NCBI GenBank assembly: GCA_018693315.1
Contig: JABHLR010000004.1
Span: 34,138-98,137, forward strand
From: an archaeon
GTDB taxonomy: Archaea > Nanobdellota > Nanobdellia > Pacearchaeales > GW2011-AR1
Direction of reading: 5' to 3'
DNA: 64,000 nucleotides
In this document: piece after piece, positions 35,914 through 44,822 of the stretch
Numbering within the stretch: the stretch's first letter is position 1
Layout of the letters: every line of letters starts with the position of its first letter
Position numbers and translations under genes: made by a program
The notes under the pieces: model-generated
The model's input: only the letters and a program-made list of their open reading frames with translations
Told to the model about the DNA's origin: nothing
The model's database searches: none

Positions 35914-35937
35914 AAAATAAAATAAAATTTCGAAGAA

Positions 35938-36171
35938 TCACTTCTTCTTTTTCTTAGTAGTCTTTTTCGCAACAGCCGCATTAACAGGGCAACTTCCACC
36001 ACCAATTAACAGAACCAAAATCACAAACGCTCCAACAAACCACCAAACATTTGTAGCCTGCACCCAACTAGCAAGTCCAGTCCAAAGATTCAGAACAATA
36101 AAGACAAAAGCGATAACAGCAAGCTTGCCAAAAAACATCTTACTACCATCCACACCTTCACATTTAATCAT
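35938..36171 (-). CDS. small membrane protein with Lys-rich tail
   Basis: 77 aa with two helices, ending KKTTKKKKK. Confidence 0.4.
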   Translation of the reverse strand: MIKCEGVDGSKMFFGKLAVIAFVFIVLNLWTGLASWVQATNVWWFVGAFVILVLLIGGGSCPVNAAVAKKTTKKKKK

Positions 36172-36213
36172 ATAGCACCTCCAAAAATAACAAACACTTC
36201 TACTATAAAAACC

Positions 36214-36651
36214 TCACGCATTCCGAGCCTTCATCCATTCCAAAACTTCCAATCCCTCTTTCCCCCGAATATCCACAGCAAACTCAACCTCACCATCTTC
36301 ACAATTCTCCAACATTTCCAATTCCTGTGTCTCGGGATCAATACCACGAACTTCCTTGACAAAACAAGTCCCATCACAATAAACAGCCTCATCTAAAATC
36401 GCATCAAAATTATCACGAATAAAATCAGGCGCATCACCCAAATCAACACTCATCCCATTCTCCTCAGCCAAATCAACACAATTCTGCACATTTTCACAAA
36501 GAGCCTCGGTATTACTCGCCTCACCAACACAAACCCTCACGGTCTTAAAAACATGAAAATTATAAAAATAAATCGCAGCAATTCCAGCAATCAACAAAAT
36601 CGCAATTATCACAATCAAAATAATCTTCCCAATCAAACCCTTCTTTTCCAT
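36214..36651 (-). CDS. membrane-anchored Cys-containing protein
   Basis: MEKKGLIGKIILIVIIAILLIAGIAAIYF anchor followed by an acidic ectodomain with 6 Cys. Confidence 0.5.
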   Translation of the reverse strand: MEKKGLIGKIILIVIIAILLIAGIAAIYFYNFHVFKTVRVCVGEASNTEALCENVQNCVDLAEENGMSVDLGDAPDFIRDNFDAILDEAVYCDGTCFVKEVRGIDPETQELEMLENCEDGEVEFAVDIRGKEGLEVLEWMKARNA

Positions 36652-36700
36652 CAAGAACCAAACACAAATCATTTTATAAATTCTTCCACCCTAAACTTGT

Positions 36701-37231
36701 ATGACATGCAAAAAGTGCGGGTACCAAGATCACAAAGAAACAATACTATTCGGAAGCCCACTCTGCCAAGTCTGCGCAACATTCGCCCCAGAAAAAGTCC
36801 ACGACTTCCAAGACTACATCTCGGAAAAAATCGATTGGAAAAAACTAGACACCTTCAGAAAATTCGATCAATCTCCAGGCAGAAAGCAAAAACAAGGAAT
36901 GCAAAAAATGGCAACAATCGGCAGGCTTCAAACAAGACCACCTCTAGGCTACGACGTCCAAAACGGAAACCTAATCCCAAACGAAGACGCAGTCCGAGTT
37001 CACTCACTCTTCAAAACATTCCTAGCCAGAACCTACTCACTAAACTCCCTAGCAAAAAACTTCTCACTCTCAATCAACGGCCTCAAAAAAATCCTAACAA
37101 ACCGAACCTACCTAGGCGAAATAAAATTCGACGGCAAAATCCACAAAGGCGACCACCCACAACTAATCAACTCAGAAATTTTCTACGCCGCCCAAAGAAA
37201 ACTCAAAGACTATCTAAGACCAAGAAAATAA
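36701..37231 (+). CDS. zinc-ribbon + 'recombinase' domain protein (serine-recombinase middle domain without the resolvase catalytic domain)
   Basis: MTCKKCGYQ..CQVC. PPLGYDVQNGNLIPNEDAVRVHSLFKTFLARTYSLNSLAKNF..LKKILTNRTYLGEI..HPQLINSEIFYAAQ matches the large-serine-recombinase 'Recombinase' domain pattern. TTTATAAA box 21 nt before the ATG. Confidence 0.6.
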   Translation: MTCKKCGYQDHKETILFGSPLCQVCATFAPEKVHDFQDYISEKIDWKKLDTFRKFDQSPGRKQKQGMQKMATIGRLQTRPPLGYDVQNGNLIPNEDAVRVHSLFKTFLARTYSLNSLAKNFSLSINGLKKILTNRTYLGEIKFDGKIHKGDHPQLINSEIFYAAQRKLKDYLRPRK

Positions 37232-37588
37232 CTATTTTCTTTTAAATCCTTTCACACCTAATAGTCTTGTCAACTCATTAGGAAGTTTTCCGTCCCCAGA
37301 AGCACTCTCTACGTAAACACTAACAGAATATTCAGAAGATGTCTGATTTTCAGATACTCTGCGGGATTTTGGATCTTCGATAGGTGGCTGGACAACAGCA
37401 ATAGTTTTATCAAAATCCTGAAAAAGATATCTTCCATCGCCAACATGAGCAGACCTACTAATTATATCTCTACGAATTGTATCATTAGCGGAAGGGCTCA
37501 GCATTCTAAAGCGTCCATGCGTCTCATCTCTATCAGGCTCACCCAAAGCACCAACATAATTTCTTTTAAATACAATTCCTGGAGCCAT
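37232..37588 (-). CDS. hypothetical protein
   Basis: 118-aa ORF. Base composition is atypical for a minus-strand gene in this region. Confidence 0.4.
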   Translation of the reverse strand: MAPGIVFKRNYVGALGEPDRDETHGRFRMLSPSANDTIRRDIISRSAHVGDGRYLFQDFDKTIAVVQPPIEDPKSRRVSENQTSSEYSVSVYVESASGDGKLPNELTRLLGVKGFKRK

Positions 37589-37635
37589 AAAAAATCAACC
37601 AAAACCCACTTTATAAAAATTTATATCCTGCAGAA

Positions 37636-38037
37636 CTACCTAAACGAAGTCTGCCTATTCGCCCGAGCCTTAGAATCCCCTGGCTTACAAGCCTCTTTCC
37701 TTCGAGTATCAGCAATCAACATATTCCTATCATACGCCAAAAACGCATTCTTCAAATCATCATTCTTCGTAAACTTAACAATAGCCTTAGCAATAGCCAA
37801 ACGACCAGCTTCAACCTGGCAAGCAAGCCCGCCACCCTTAACATTCAAAGCAATATCAAACTTCAACTCTCCCAAAACATCACTCGCAATAATCAAAGGC
37901 TCATTAATCTCCAACTGCTGCAAATCACTCAAAAAACTAAGCGGCCTCTTATTAAAACTAATCTTCCCAGCCCCATCCTCAATAGTCGCCTTAGCAACCG
38001 CAGTCTTTCTCTTTCCAGCAACAACCATTTTATCCAT
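37636..38037 (-). CDS. rps9: 30S ribosomal protein S9 (uS9)
   Basis: GKRKTAVAKA.. near the N-terminus and a C-terminal end ..KPGDSKARANRQTSFR. Position in the conserved cluster. Confidence 0.9.
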   Translation of the reverse strand: MDKMVVAGKRKTAVAKATIEDGAGKISFNKRPLSFLSDLQQLEINEPLIIASDVLGELKFDIALNVKGGGLACQVEAGRLAIAKAIVKFTKNDDLKNAFLAYDRNMLIADTRRKEACKPGDSKARANRQTSFR

Positions 38038-38038
38038 T

Positions 38039-38440
38039 TTATTTCAATATCCTCACGATTTCTTTAATTGTCGAAAACTTCATCGGCTTCTTATGCGTCA
38101 ACTTAATAACATCCTTAGCTTCGTCAGGATTTCCAACATAACATTTCAATCTCCTAAAAGCATCCTGCCCTTTCATCCTATCCCGAGGCAACATCCCCCT
38201 AATCATTCTCTTAACCAAACGATCAGCAACTCTAGGATACTTAGGACCCTTCATAGAACCACCAGAACCCATATCCCTCTTAGTCAAAACCTTCTTCGCG
38301 AAAACCTTCTTATCCCCAGAAACAATTATCGCCTCACAATTAATAAGATCAACAGAATTCCCCTTCAACAATTCCTTAGCCACAACACTCGCAATCCGAC
38401 CAAAAACACAGTCAGTCCCATCATAAACTAATTTACTCAT
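38039..38440 (-). CDS. rpl13: 50S ribosomal protein L13 (uL13)
   Basis: The N-terminus VYDGTDCVFGRIASVVAKELLKG is typical. Cluster position. Confidence 0.9.
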   Translation of the reverse strand: MSKLVYDGTDCVFGRIASVVAKELLKGNSVDLINCEAIIVSGDKKVFAKKVLTKRDMGSGGSMKGPKYPRVADRLVKRMIRGMLPRDRMKGQDAFRRLKCYVGNPDEAKDVIKLTHKKPMKFSTIKEIVRILK

Positions 38441-38811
38441 CGTAAAATATCATAACCATTTAATTCAGGATTCTTCTTCATCTCATCAACAATAGAAACA
38501 AACGTTCCCTTCGCATTCTTAATCTTATCAAGCGCCTTTTCCGAAGCTGTCCAGGCAACAATCTTTTTTGCCCCACTCAAATCACCAGCACTCAAAATTT
38601 TCCCAGCAACCAAAACATCGCCCTTAATCATATCAACATCCTTCAAATTCACAGCAGGCCATCTCCTCTTCGGCCGAGCAAGCTCCTTCGCCACAACAGG
38701 ATTCGTCTTCTTCAACTTAATTATAGTATCAACCAAAGAGACTTCCATCTTGTTCTTCATTCTCTTCTCAATCTTAGTTTTGTTTATACCAAATTCCATA
38801 TTATTAATCAC
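38437..38811 (-). CDS. rpl18e: 50S ribosomal protein L18e (eL18)
   Basis: RPKRRWPAVNL..VLVAGKILSAGDL pattern. Lies between rpoD and L13, as in other archaea. Exact start uncertain. Confidence 0.8.
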   Translation of the reverse strand: MINNMEFGINKTKIEKRMKNKMEVSLVDTIIKLKKTNPVVAKELARPKRRWPAVNLKDVDMIKGDVLVAGKILSAGDLSGAKKIVAWTASEKALDKIKNAKGTFVSIVDEMKKNPELNGYDILR

Positions 38812-38814
38812 CGA

Positions 38815-39522
38815 TTACTTCAGTGCTTTACTAACTTCAGAAAGATTCCCTTTCAAAGCCTTACATGCCTCACTAAAAATTTCCTTAGCCTCAATCTGCC
38901 CCCACGACTCAATCGTGAAAACCAAATCATCACCAAACGAAATATCAACACCAGGATACTCCTTCATATCACTCTCATCCAAATCACAAGCCGCAGCACT
39001 CTTAACTTTCAACTTCTCACCAAACATCTCAAACGCGTCCGGATAAATCTCAGCCAACTCAGTTTGTTTCTCACCATCACCAGAAATTTTAATCTTAGCC
39101 AAATGCTTGTAATAAACCAAGCCCGGCATAAATTTCGCATGATCATTACCCTTACCCATCTTAGCCCTAGCAACAACCTCAACAACCTGATCCTTGCCCA
39201 ACAAAACAATCGGCGTCTCAGGATAAACAACATCATCTCCAAGCTCACCAGCCAAAACCTCAGTAATATCATCCTTGCCCTTAACCTTCAACTTCATCTC
39301 AACACTATTATCGCCCTTCAACTTCTGATTCTTCAAGCTCACAAGTCCCAATCGGTGTGCAATAACCTCATCATACAAAGCAGAGTCATTCTTATAGATA
39401 TCAGCCTCGACAACCGCCAAAATCGGAATCTCACCAACACTCCTTCGAATAGCATTAGCCAAACTCACATTCATATCACTAATAAAACTAATCTCTTCCG
39501 CGGTTTTTGTTATTGTTTCCAT
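38815..39522 (-). CDS. rpoD: DNA-directed RNA polymerase subunit D (Rpo3)
   Basis: 235 aa. ANAIRRSVGEIPILAV motif. Cluster position between S11 and L18e. Confidence 0.85.
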   Translation of the reverse strand: METITKTAEEISFISDMNVSLANAIRRSVGEIPILAVVEADIYKNDSALYDEVIAHRLGLVSLKNQKLKGDNSVEMKLKVKGKDDITEVLAGELGDDVVYPETPIVLLGKDQVVEVVARAKMGKGNDHAKFMPGLVYYKHLAKIKISGDGEKQTELAEIYPDAFEMFGEKLKVKSAAACDLDESDMKEYPGVDISFGDDLVFTIESWGQIEAKEIFSEACKALKGNLSEVSKALK

Positions 39523-39552
39523 TTTATTATTTCTTGTTTTTAATTTATAAAG

Positions 39553-39942
39553 TTATACTCTTCGACCCCTTCGTCCACCTTTCTTCTTTGGTCCGCCTCG
39601 AGCAACACAAGTCGTCTCAGCCATACTCAAAATCTTAAATCCTTCCTTCGTCAAAGTCCTAACAATCGCGTGCGCCCCAGGCCCAATACCAGTCGCTCCA
39701 GTCTTTCCCTTCATCCGAACATACAATTCCTTAATCCGATAATCCTTACAAACATCCTGCACCCTCTTCGCAATAAACATAGCAATAGTAGGATTCGCCC
39801 TCATTCGATCATGCTTCGTAATCTGCCCACCAGAAATCCGCCCAATCGTATTCCCAGCCAAATCCGTCACAGTCGCAATCGTATTATTGAAACTCGCATA
39901 AATATTCAAAATCGCAACATTACTCTCTTCGCCTTTCGCCAT
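39553..39942 (-). CDS. rps11: 30S ribosomal protein S11 (uS11)
   Basis: Ends GGPKKKGGRRGRRV. IYASFNNTIATVTD motif. Confidence 0.9.
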   Translation of the reverse strand: MAKGEESNVAILNIYASFNNTIATVTDLAGNTIGRISGGQITKHDRMRANPTIAMFIAKRVQDVCKDYRIKELYVRMKGKTGATGIGPGAHAIVRTLTKEGFKILSMAETTCVARGGPKKKGGRRGRRV

Positions 39943-40514
39943 TATTCTCCAGCCTCCTCAGGTTTAACTTCTTCAACTTTTCCTTCAACCACTTCCTCAG
40001 CCTTCTCTTCCACAGGAGCAGCCTCTTCAGTTTTCTCTTCAACTTTCTTAACTTTTACCCTCTTTTCCTTCAAAGCAATCTTATCTTCCAAATCCAAAGT
40101 CACAACAAAAGACGGAATGTTAACAATTTTCCCATCAACCAAAACATTCTTATGAACAATCAACTGCCTCGCACCCTTAGGAGTAGTCGCCAACTTTTTC
40201 CTAACCAACATAGTCTGCAATCGCCTCTCAAAAACATTCTCTTCAGTCAAAGCCAAAACATCAGAAACATCAGTAACCTTCATCCCAACTTTATTCAACT
40301 TATCAAAAAATTTCTGCTGCTCTTCCATATCCGCACCAATCAAAGTCTTAGCTCTTCGCCTCAACTTAGAAACCGCAGTCTTCGCTTTCCAAATCTCACG
40401 CTTATTCTTCAAACCATAACGCTTAATCAAAATATTCTCCTCGTCCATTCTAGCCCTATCAAACAATTTCTTCGGCCGATTAAACAGCTTCCGTTTTCTC
40501 TTAATATCTCCCAT
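39942..40514 (-). CDS. rps4: 30S ribosomal protein S4 (uS4) with acidic/Lys-rich C-terminal extension
   Basis: MGDIKRKRKLFNRPKK..RYGLKNKREIWKA. An extra tail of about 35 aa: KVKKVEEKTEEAAPVEEKAEEVVEGKVEEVKPEEAGE. Confidence 0.9.
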   Translation of the reverse strand: MGDIKRKRKLFNRPKKLFDRARMDEENILIKRYGLKNKREIWKAKTAVSKLRRRAKTLIGADMEEQQKFFDKLNKVGMKVTDVSDVLALTEENVFERRLQTMLVRKKLATTPKGARQLIVHKNVLVDGKIVNIPSFVVTLDLEDKIALKEKRVKVKKVEEKTEEAAPVEEKAEEVVEGKVEEVKPEEAGE

Positions 40515-41014
40515 TATTTCTTCTCCTTCTTTTTAGCAGCAGCAACAGACGGCTTCCTATTCTTCCTAAAATTCGCTTTAGTTCTCTGGCCACGCACAGG
40601 CAAATTCGCAGAATGTCGAACGCCCCTGTAAGCCTTAATTTTCTTCAATCTCTTAATATCAAATTCCTTCCTCAACTTCAAATCAACACCACTCATATGC
40701 ATATCCTCACCACTATCCAAATCCTTCCTTCGATTCTTCAAAAAAACCGGCACCTCAGGATTCGTAATAAACTCCTCAATCTTCTTCAAGTCTTCCTTGC
40801 TAACATCCTGCAAGGTCACAGACCTATCAAGTTTCAAAATCTTACAAACAGCATTAGAAAAAGCCCACGAAATTCCATTAATCTTAGTCAAAGCAGACCC
40901 AATCTTATGATCCCCTCGAATATCCTTCCCCAAAACCCTAATCAAATTAACATGAACTTCTTTCTTCGGCACATAAGCCTTTTTCTCAGTTTCTTTATTT
41001 TCTTCTTTAGCCAT
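40514..41014 (-). CDS. rps13: 30S ribosomal protein S13 (uS13)
   Basis: RVLGKDIRGDHKIGSALTKINGI..YRGVRHSANLPVRGQRTK. Confidence 0.9.
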   Translation of the reverse strand: MAKEENKETEKKAYVPKKEVHVNLIRVLGKDIRGDHKIGSALTKINGISWAFSNAVCKILKLDRSVTLQDVSKEDLKKIEEFITNPEVPVFLKNRRKDLDSGEDMHMSGVDLKLRKEFDIKRLKKIKAYRGVRHSANLPVRGQRTKANFRKNRKPSVAAAKKKEKK

Positions 41015-41015
41015 T

Positions 41016-41552
41016 TTACGATATAAACAGATTATGCCTTTGCATTTCCGTCAATTCCTCCATAATTCTTTTCTCGACAACCTTCTCGGGCGACGGCATA
41101 TTATGAACACGTTCCTTGATATCTTCAAAAGATACAAAGTCCTTCTCTTCCCTCGCTTCAAGAATCGCAGCAGTGTGCTTTTTACCCAAACCAGGAAGTA
41201 ATTCAAACTGGTGAAGTCGGGTATTTATAGCTTGCGCTTCGTTAAAGAACTTCACAAACCTCTCCTCGTCCTTCTCAACAACCTTAATAATGAAAGTCTC
41301 AAGCTCAACCTTTGCAGTCTCTGTCAACTTTTCTCGAGGGCAACGACCCAAAATATACTGAACCTTATCCCGCTTCCCGTCCCCAATATAAGCAACCTCT
41401 CCAATCTCAAACTTCTCTCCTCGCCTTGGAACCAATTGCAAAAGCGTCAAACCAGTTGTCCCAATCGCTTGAGCCAAAGGCATTCTTTTATTTTCCAGAG
41501 GATACCCATAAGGTAAAAAATCTAATACAATAGCGTTTTCTTCTTTACTCAT
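41016..41552 (-). CDS. DUF655 (COG1491) HhH-containing nucleic-acid-binding protein
   Basis: AIVLDFLPYGYP..FFNEAQAINTRLHQFELLPGLGKKHTAAILEAR. Conserved archaeal neighbour of rpoF/L21e. Confidence 0.75.
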   Translation of the reverse strand: MSKEENAIVLDFLPYGYPLENKRMPLAQAIGTTGLTLLQLVPRRGEKFEIGEVAYIGDGKRDKVQYILGRCPREKLTETAKVELETFIIKVVEKDEERFVKFFNEAQAINTRLHQFELLPGLGKKHTAAILEAREEKDFVSFEDIKERVHNMPSPEKVVEKRIMEELTEMQRHNLFIS

Positions 41553-41556
41553 TTTG

Positions 41557-41862
41557 CTACTTGTATTTTTTAGTTACATCTAAAATTTTAGTTATCTCGT
41601 CCGCGTCCAGAGACACCTCTATAATCACTTTGTTCAGCTCAGAAACATCAGTCGGAACAAAATCAACAATCTTCACAATATGTCCATCTTTCAACTTAAT
41701 CAAATCCAAAGCCTTCAGTTCTTCCTTCATCTCAATCGCCTTCTTCACATCCATTTTATTAAAACCCTTAATAAACTTCTTCATAGCCTCAGACTTTTCA
41801 GAATCTCCAGCTGTAGCAACAACCTCAGCCATAGTAATCGGAGTCTCTTCTGTTACAACCAT
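41557..41862 (-). CDS. rpoF: RNA polymerase subunit F (Rpo4)-like protein
   Basis: 101 aa. Position between L21e and DUF655, as in many archaea. Helical, acidic composition. No motif verified. Confidence 0.55.
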   Translation of the reverse strand: MVVTEETPITMAEVVATAGDSEKSEAMKKFIKGFNKMDVKKAIEMKEELKALDLIKLKDGHIVKIVDFVPTDVSELNKVIIEVSLDADEITKILDVTKKYK

Positions 41863-41863
41863 T

Positions 41864-42112
41864 TTATAATTTCCTCAAATGAACAGGGTGAACGATCAAT
41901 GTCTTCAACTTGTTCCCATCTTTAATTTCAACTAACTTAAATCGTCCTCGGCTTCCAGTAACCTTCCCACTCATTCCCTTCATTCTTTGCGGGTACGAAC
42001 ATCGAACACCAGCATCAGTAACCAAAGCAACACTAGCACCATCCTCAACTTTCTTAAAGTAAGAACTAAGCCTCAACTTTCCTTTCTGTCTAACTCGTTT
42101 TCCTTTTGCCAT
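41864..42112 (-). CDS. rpl21e: 50S ribosomal protein L21e (eL21)
   Basis: MAKGKRVRQKGKLRLS..GMSGKVTGSRGRFKLVEI. Start trimmed from TTG 42202 to ATG 42112. Confidence 0.8.
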   Translation of the reverse strand: MAKGKRVRQKGKLRLSSYFKKVEDGASVALVTDAGVRCSYPQRMKGMSGKVTGSRGRFKLVEIKDGNKLKTLIVHPVHLRKL

Positions 42113-42198
42113 CTTAATTTTACAGAACCATCGCGCTGTTTCCAACTCGAACAATACTGTCCTAACAAAACAAGAAAAATTCCCCTTATAAAGTTTTC

Positions 42199-42579
42199 TC
42201 AAGAAAGAAAACTCTCTGCATTCCCAACTTCCGACTCAATCATACTACTATCTTCTCTAGGAATCACCCTAGGAGACTCGGCAACCAATCCCTCTGGCTC
42301 AATTTCATGCTCAACAATCTCGTCAATAACCAGTTCCATCGGAGTCTCTTCCCTAAAAACCTCCCCCTCTTTCAAAACAGCCACAGGTTCCTGAATAGCA
42401 ACATTGCTTTCTCCAACTTGTCCCAATTCCAAATTCCCAGCGTCCCGCTCCTTCTCCATATTTTCAACAATCGCCTTCGCCATCTTCTCACCCCAAACCT
42501 GATACATACAACCCTGACACATATCGACGACACAGTCAGAAGCAACCTCAGCAGAACAATAAATACACTTTTTCACCAT
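42199..42579 (-). CDS. Cys-rich (zinc-finger-like) acidic protein
   Basis: N-terminal [20 protein letters not shown] followed by an acidic tail. Confidence 0.45.
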   Translation of the reverse strand: MVKKCIYCSAEVASDCVVDMCQGCMYQVWGEKMAKAIVENMEKERDAGNLELGQVGESNVAIQEPVAVLKEGEVFREETPMELVIDEIVEHEIEPEGLVAESPRVIPREDSSMIESEVGNAESFLS

Positions 42580-42717
42580 CTTTTTTTATTTTACCCAAGT
42601 AAAATGAAAACATGGAAGTTTTCAACTTACTTAGAAAACTCTACCAACTTTCCTTTTTAAATATTTATGAGGTCAAGCAATAAGAACTTTTAAAAACAAA
42701 ACATCCCAATATATATT

Positions 42718-43554
42718 ATGAAAAAGTGTGTGGTGTTATTGCTATTGGTTTTATCTTTCACTGTAGTTAGTGCAGAGGTGATATGCGACCTCGACGTCAC
42801 TCTTCTAAACCAGGACCCATACCCAGCGATCCCAGGAGATTACGTCAAGCTGGTTTTCCAAGTAGAGGGAATCGATAGCCCAGATTGCAATGATATAACA
42901 GTAAGCCTCCTAGAAAGTTATCCAATAGAATTTGACCCAGGAGAATCAGGAGTTAGGACATTCAAGAAAGTAGATTACGTAAAAGATTTCGAATCAAATT
43001 TATTAGTGCCATTCGAAGTTAGAGTAAACGAAGATGCGCTAGATGGCACAAACCCAATAGAAGTTAGAGTACAAAGCAAACATGACGCACCTCTACTAAA
43101 AACTCTTGATCTAGAAGTAGATGATGTAAAGGCCGACTTTGAAGTATATGTGAAAGATTACAGTTATGCAACAAACGAACTAACCCTGGAAATATTAAAC
43201 ATCGAATCCTCAGACGTTGAGGCATTAACAGTCGAAATTCCAAAACAAGACAGCATAAACGTAAAAGGAGCAAAGCGAATCGTCGTCGGAGATTTAGATT
43301 CAAACGAATATACTTCAGCAGATTTCGAGGCAATGCCAAAAGATGGTGATTTCAAGATAAACCTTATCTATTCAGACACAATAAATACGCGAAGAATGGT
43401 AGAAAAAACAGTATCATTTGATTCATCATATTTCACAAATAGAAAAGCGGATGAGTCGACAACAGGCATGGGAACATATATTTTCTGGGCAGTAATAGCA
43501 ATAATAGTTATTTGGTGGATCGTCAAGAAGTTCACCAAAAAGAAAAAGAAATAA
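42718..43554 (+). CDS. secreted S-layer-like/CARDB-like (COG1361-type) protein with C-terminal TM anchor
   Basis: Signal MKKCVVLLLLVLSFTVVSA. LLNQDPYPAIPGDYVKLVFQVEG. C-terminal IFWAVIAIIVIWWIVKKFTKKKKK. Adjacent to FtsX-type permeases, as is common for this family. Confidence 0.6.
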   Translation: MKKCVVLLLLVLSFTVVSAEVICDLDVTLLNQDPYPAIPGDYVKLVFQVEGIDSPDCNDITVSLLESYPIEFDPGESGVRTFKKVDYVKDFESNLLVPFEVRVNEDALDGTNPIEVRVQSKHDAPLLKTLDLEVDDVKADFEVYVKDYSYATNELTLEILNIESSDVEALTVEIPKQDSINVKGAKRIVVGDLDSNEYTSADFEAMPKDGDFKINLIYSDTINTRRMVEKTVSFDSSYFTNRKADESTTGMGTYIFWAVIAIIVIWWIVKKFTKKKKK

Positions 43555-43606
43555 TTCTACTCGTAACGTAAGCAAAAATCTTTGATCTTTGATAATCTTA
43601 TGAATT

Positions 43607-44821
43607 TCATTCGTAACGTAAAGCATCAACAGTATTAATCTTACTCGCTCTCCACGCCGGAATCATCCCAGAAATCGCACCAGTTAATGTCGCAAACAAA
43701 ATCAAGCCAGCAAATAAAACCCAAGAATAATGCGGACTCAAAAATCCATAACCAAGATTATCCAAAATGCCAGCTCCTATATCTGTCGCAAGCCACCCAA
43801 GCGTAACCCCAATCACACCAGCAACAAATCCTAAAAACCCAGACTCAAATAAAAATATCTTAAAGATTTCTGAATTCCTCGCACCAATAGATTTCAAAAC
43901 TCCAATCTCCTTAAACCTCTCAAGCACCGAAGTAATCATCGTATTCGCAGTATTCACCGCCGACACAACAACCGAGATAAAAGCAATCAAAAGAATAAAC
44001 CCAATAATAATATCCAAAACAACAGTAAAATTCTCTAGCAAGTCGCCATAAGACTGGACAGAAAAATCCTCCTTTCCCTCGTCCAAGTCCCTATGCTGCC
44101 GAAGTTTCTTTGTAACTCTATCTACAACGCCATCAATATTATCCTTATCGGCTCTGGCCAAAATCATTCCGTAGGAAAGATTGTCGCCAGGATAAAGCTC
44201 CGACATAAAATCATTAGTAACATAAATATTAGAATCATCTTGAGGATTCCCGACCTTCTCATAAAAGCCAACAACTCGAAGGTCCTGTCCCTGAACTTCA
44301 ATCTTACTGTTAAGAGCATAGGCCTTAGGAAAAATCTTATTTTTCACCATATAATTATAACCCAAAGTAACCTTGCCAGAATCAGAAGATCGAAGCTCAC
44401 GTCCCTCCACAACTTCAACATCAGAAAGCTCCATTATCATCGGAAACTCAGGATCATAACCCACGACAAAAGCATACTTCTTTTCGTCATCTTGAATAAC
44501 TTCCCCAGCACCCATATACAACCCAGTCGCTTCAAAAATACCAGGTGTATTTTCAATCACCCGCACATCATCATCCAATAATTTAAACGTCGTGTCAAGT
44601 CCAGGGACCCCAGCCCCACCCTTCGGCTGAATCAATAGCTTATCCGCAGAAGATGAAGATGTAAAATCATCAATATAATCATAAAGGCCCCAACCATAAC
44701 TAACAAAAATAAAAATCGTAGCAATCCCAACAAAAATCGACAACACAGTAAGAATACTCCGAGCCTTACTCTGCTTAATATTGTTCAACGAATACTTTAT
44801 ACTTTCTTTACTGATAACCAT
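43607..44821 (-). CDS. ABC transporter permease, MacB/FtsX family
   Basis: 404 aa. N-terminal TM, large extracytoplasmic domain, and a C-terminal FtsX 3-TM module (LERFKEIGVLKSIGA). Confidence 0.85.
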   Translation of the reverse strand: MVISKESIKYSLNNIKQSKARSILTVLSIFVGIATIFIFVSYGWGLYDYIDDFTSSSSADKLLIQPKGGAGVPGLDTTFKLLDDDVRVIENTPGIFEATGLYMGAGEVIQDDEKKYAFVVGYDPEFPMIMELSDVEVVEGRELRSSDSGKVTLGYNYMVKNKIFPKAYALNSKIEVQGQDLRVVGFYEKVGNPQDDSNIYVTNDFMSELYPGDNLSYGMILARADKDNIDGVVDRVTKKLRQHRDLDEGKEDFSVQSYGDLLENFTVVLDIIIGFILLIAFISVVVSAVNTANTMITSVLERFKEIGVLKSIGARNSEIFKIFLFESGFLGFVAGVIGVTLGWLATDIGAGILDNLGYGFLSPHYSWVLFAGLILFATLTGAISGMIPAWRASKINTVDALRYE

Positions 44822-44822
44822 A

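Noticed and set aside
36553-37245. 230-aa + strand ORF overlapping the recombinase-domain gene in another frame.
   Set aside because: Its translation is low-complexity R/K/P/N/Q-rich. The alternative frame (36701..37231) has a recognisable domain and a phased TATA box.
28392-37600. A large integrated element using tRNA-Ser as attachment site and spanning the whole accessory stretch.
   Set aside because: The only copies of tRNA-Ser sequence are within 220 bp of the gene. No distal att-like repeat was found before the ribosomal operon, and most genes in the stretch share the host strand bias.
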